64,000 nucleotides of DNA, taken from NCBI RefSeq assembly GCF_036321535.1, contig NC_087436.1, positions 21,640,001 through 21,704,000 of the forward strand, given 5' to 3'. The translations under genes were made by a program, and so were the position numbers. Under the pieces are notes generated by a model. The model was given only the letters and a program-made list of their open reading frames with translations. It was not told the DNA's origin and ran no database searches. Below are positions 62,764 through 64,000 of this stretch, in pieces (position 1 is the first letter of the stretch; the number at the start of each line of letters is the position of its first letter). Source of the stretch: Camelus dromedarius. Lineage: Eukaryota.

Positions 62764-64000
62764 CCCCCATCCAACTAAGTTTTAAACCTTTTGAAAGACA
62801 GACCTATTCTTTAATTTTTTTATGTATCTCTACAATGGCACTTGGAACCCAGTAGATGCTAAGTAAATGATTTTTAAATAAAATAACAGGTTTACTTTGA
62901 ACATTCAAATGTACTATAAAGGAAAAATAACCAGATTTTCAAATGGTACCCAAGAACATTTCTCTATGTATAACACACAGAGATTATATATGTATTTTAT
63001 ATATGATTTTCTAAAAAAGTTAGGCATCATGGAATATTGTTACTATTTTTACTATTTGTCTTTTTAAGATGGAAAATAAGCCTGAAGGAAATGACTAAGT
63101 GGATCCTTTTCCTTTCTTGGACTAACTAACTTTTCCTATAACAGCATATTTAACATAAGGGTACAGAAAACATGAACACATACTCAATTAAATATTTACA
63201 GAGTATCACTGTGATGTTCTTGATGAGATAATTTCTTATGAAATGGAGATTGGCCACTTGAAGTTTAACCTGCTTTGATCTATTCTGAGAATTATCTCCT
63301 CTGAAGTTACAACCCTACGAATGGAGAGTGGCAAAATATTCCTTCAGTAGGACATCTATGCCTGAAGACTTGATCATGGGCACGGAGGTGGACGTATTTC
63401 CCCGGGAGGGCCTACCACGAAGGGAGGCAGAAGACCTGCATCTCTGCTCTGCCCTGGAGTGGTTCTCATCATGTTCCTGACATCAGTCTGTTGCCACAGA
63501 AACAATGATGGTACCACAAATTTAGCGTTATGACTTCACAACAGAGAGTAGAAATTGACTTTCTTTATGCAGTTGGTGGACAAGCTCTGTGGTGAGGGGA
63601 GAAAAGCATCTTCTTTGAGTACAAAGCCAGCAATTTACAAAAGTGGAGAGAAAATGAATAACTACCTATGGGAAAAAAACGGGGTTTCCTGCCATTGGTT
63701 TTTACCTACCCTTTAAAGTAGGACATCTCAATTTCTGAAATGGGCCTCCGAACAATACACCTGATCTGTCATAAATAAAAATACATAGAGAATGAAGCTA
63801 ATACATATAAAAATATGTGTAGAATTAAGCGAATGTTTTGTCAAGCTTACCTAGTTTGTCTTCATAAGGTTAAAAATCTAACGACAACTAAAACCCTGCA
63901 GAAAGACTTGGGTTGATTGGGACGTCAGGCTTGCCCTTCTCGTCACAGTTTACTTTAGTAGAATGAATAGCATGCAAGGTGATTGCTTTGTTAAACTGAA

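Larger units (their letters stand above)
33617..64000 (+). other. Probable long first intron, continuing past the window end
   Basis: Begins at the GT donor; no credible coding exon seen; the L1 copies I recognised are all antisense. Confidence 0.6.

Noticed and set aside
63376..63400. 'atgggcacggaggtggacgtatttc' as the first coding exon of the host gene
   Set aside because: No acceptor with a pyrimidine tract upstream and no convincing ORF; chance similarity.
1..64000. CRISPR array, operon, rRNA or other novel multi-gene system
   Set aside because: No regularly spaced repeat-spacer structure and no gene-dense ORFs. All repeats seen are mammalian transposons, TSDs, local duplications or microsatellites.

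Overview
Mammalian nuclear DNA, very probably camelid (camel/alpaca/llama). The evidence is a tRNA-Ala-derived vic-1-type SINE, camelid-style L1 3' ends, and no Alu, B1, BovB or PRE1 that I could see. The first ~32 kb is intergenic and rich in transposon fossils: old and young L1, L2, MIR, MaLR LTRs, a 1.7-kb Tigger1, and a decayed ERVL provirus with recognisable gag/protease/RT remnants and two nested insertions. At ~32.3-34.4 kb there is a CpG-island promoter whose TATA box is also a perfect MEF2 site (CTATAAATAG, 33491-33500). It is followed by a ~100-nt non-coding first exon ending at a GAG|gtaatt donor (33616/33617). The remaining ~30 kb reads as the first intron of that + strand gene. 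I found no credible protein-coding exon. The gene cannot be named from the sequence; DAAM1 is only a weak, unverified recollection. I see no evidence of a new multi-gene system. The best leads are regulatory: the MEF2/TATA composite, an intronic MER41-like LTR with an intact STAT GAS site and an apparently destroyed poly(A) signal, an orphan CpG-rich motif cluster at 15.3-15.7 kb, and a 31-bp fold-back hairpin inside an old L1. Repeat family names come from remembered consensus motifs, not a database search, and old-repeat boundaries are approximate.
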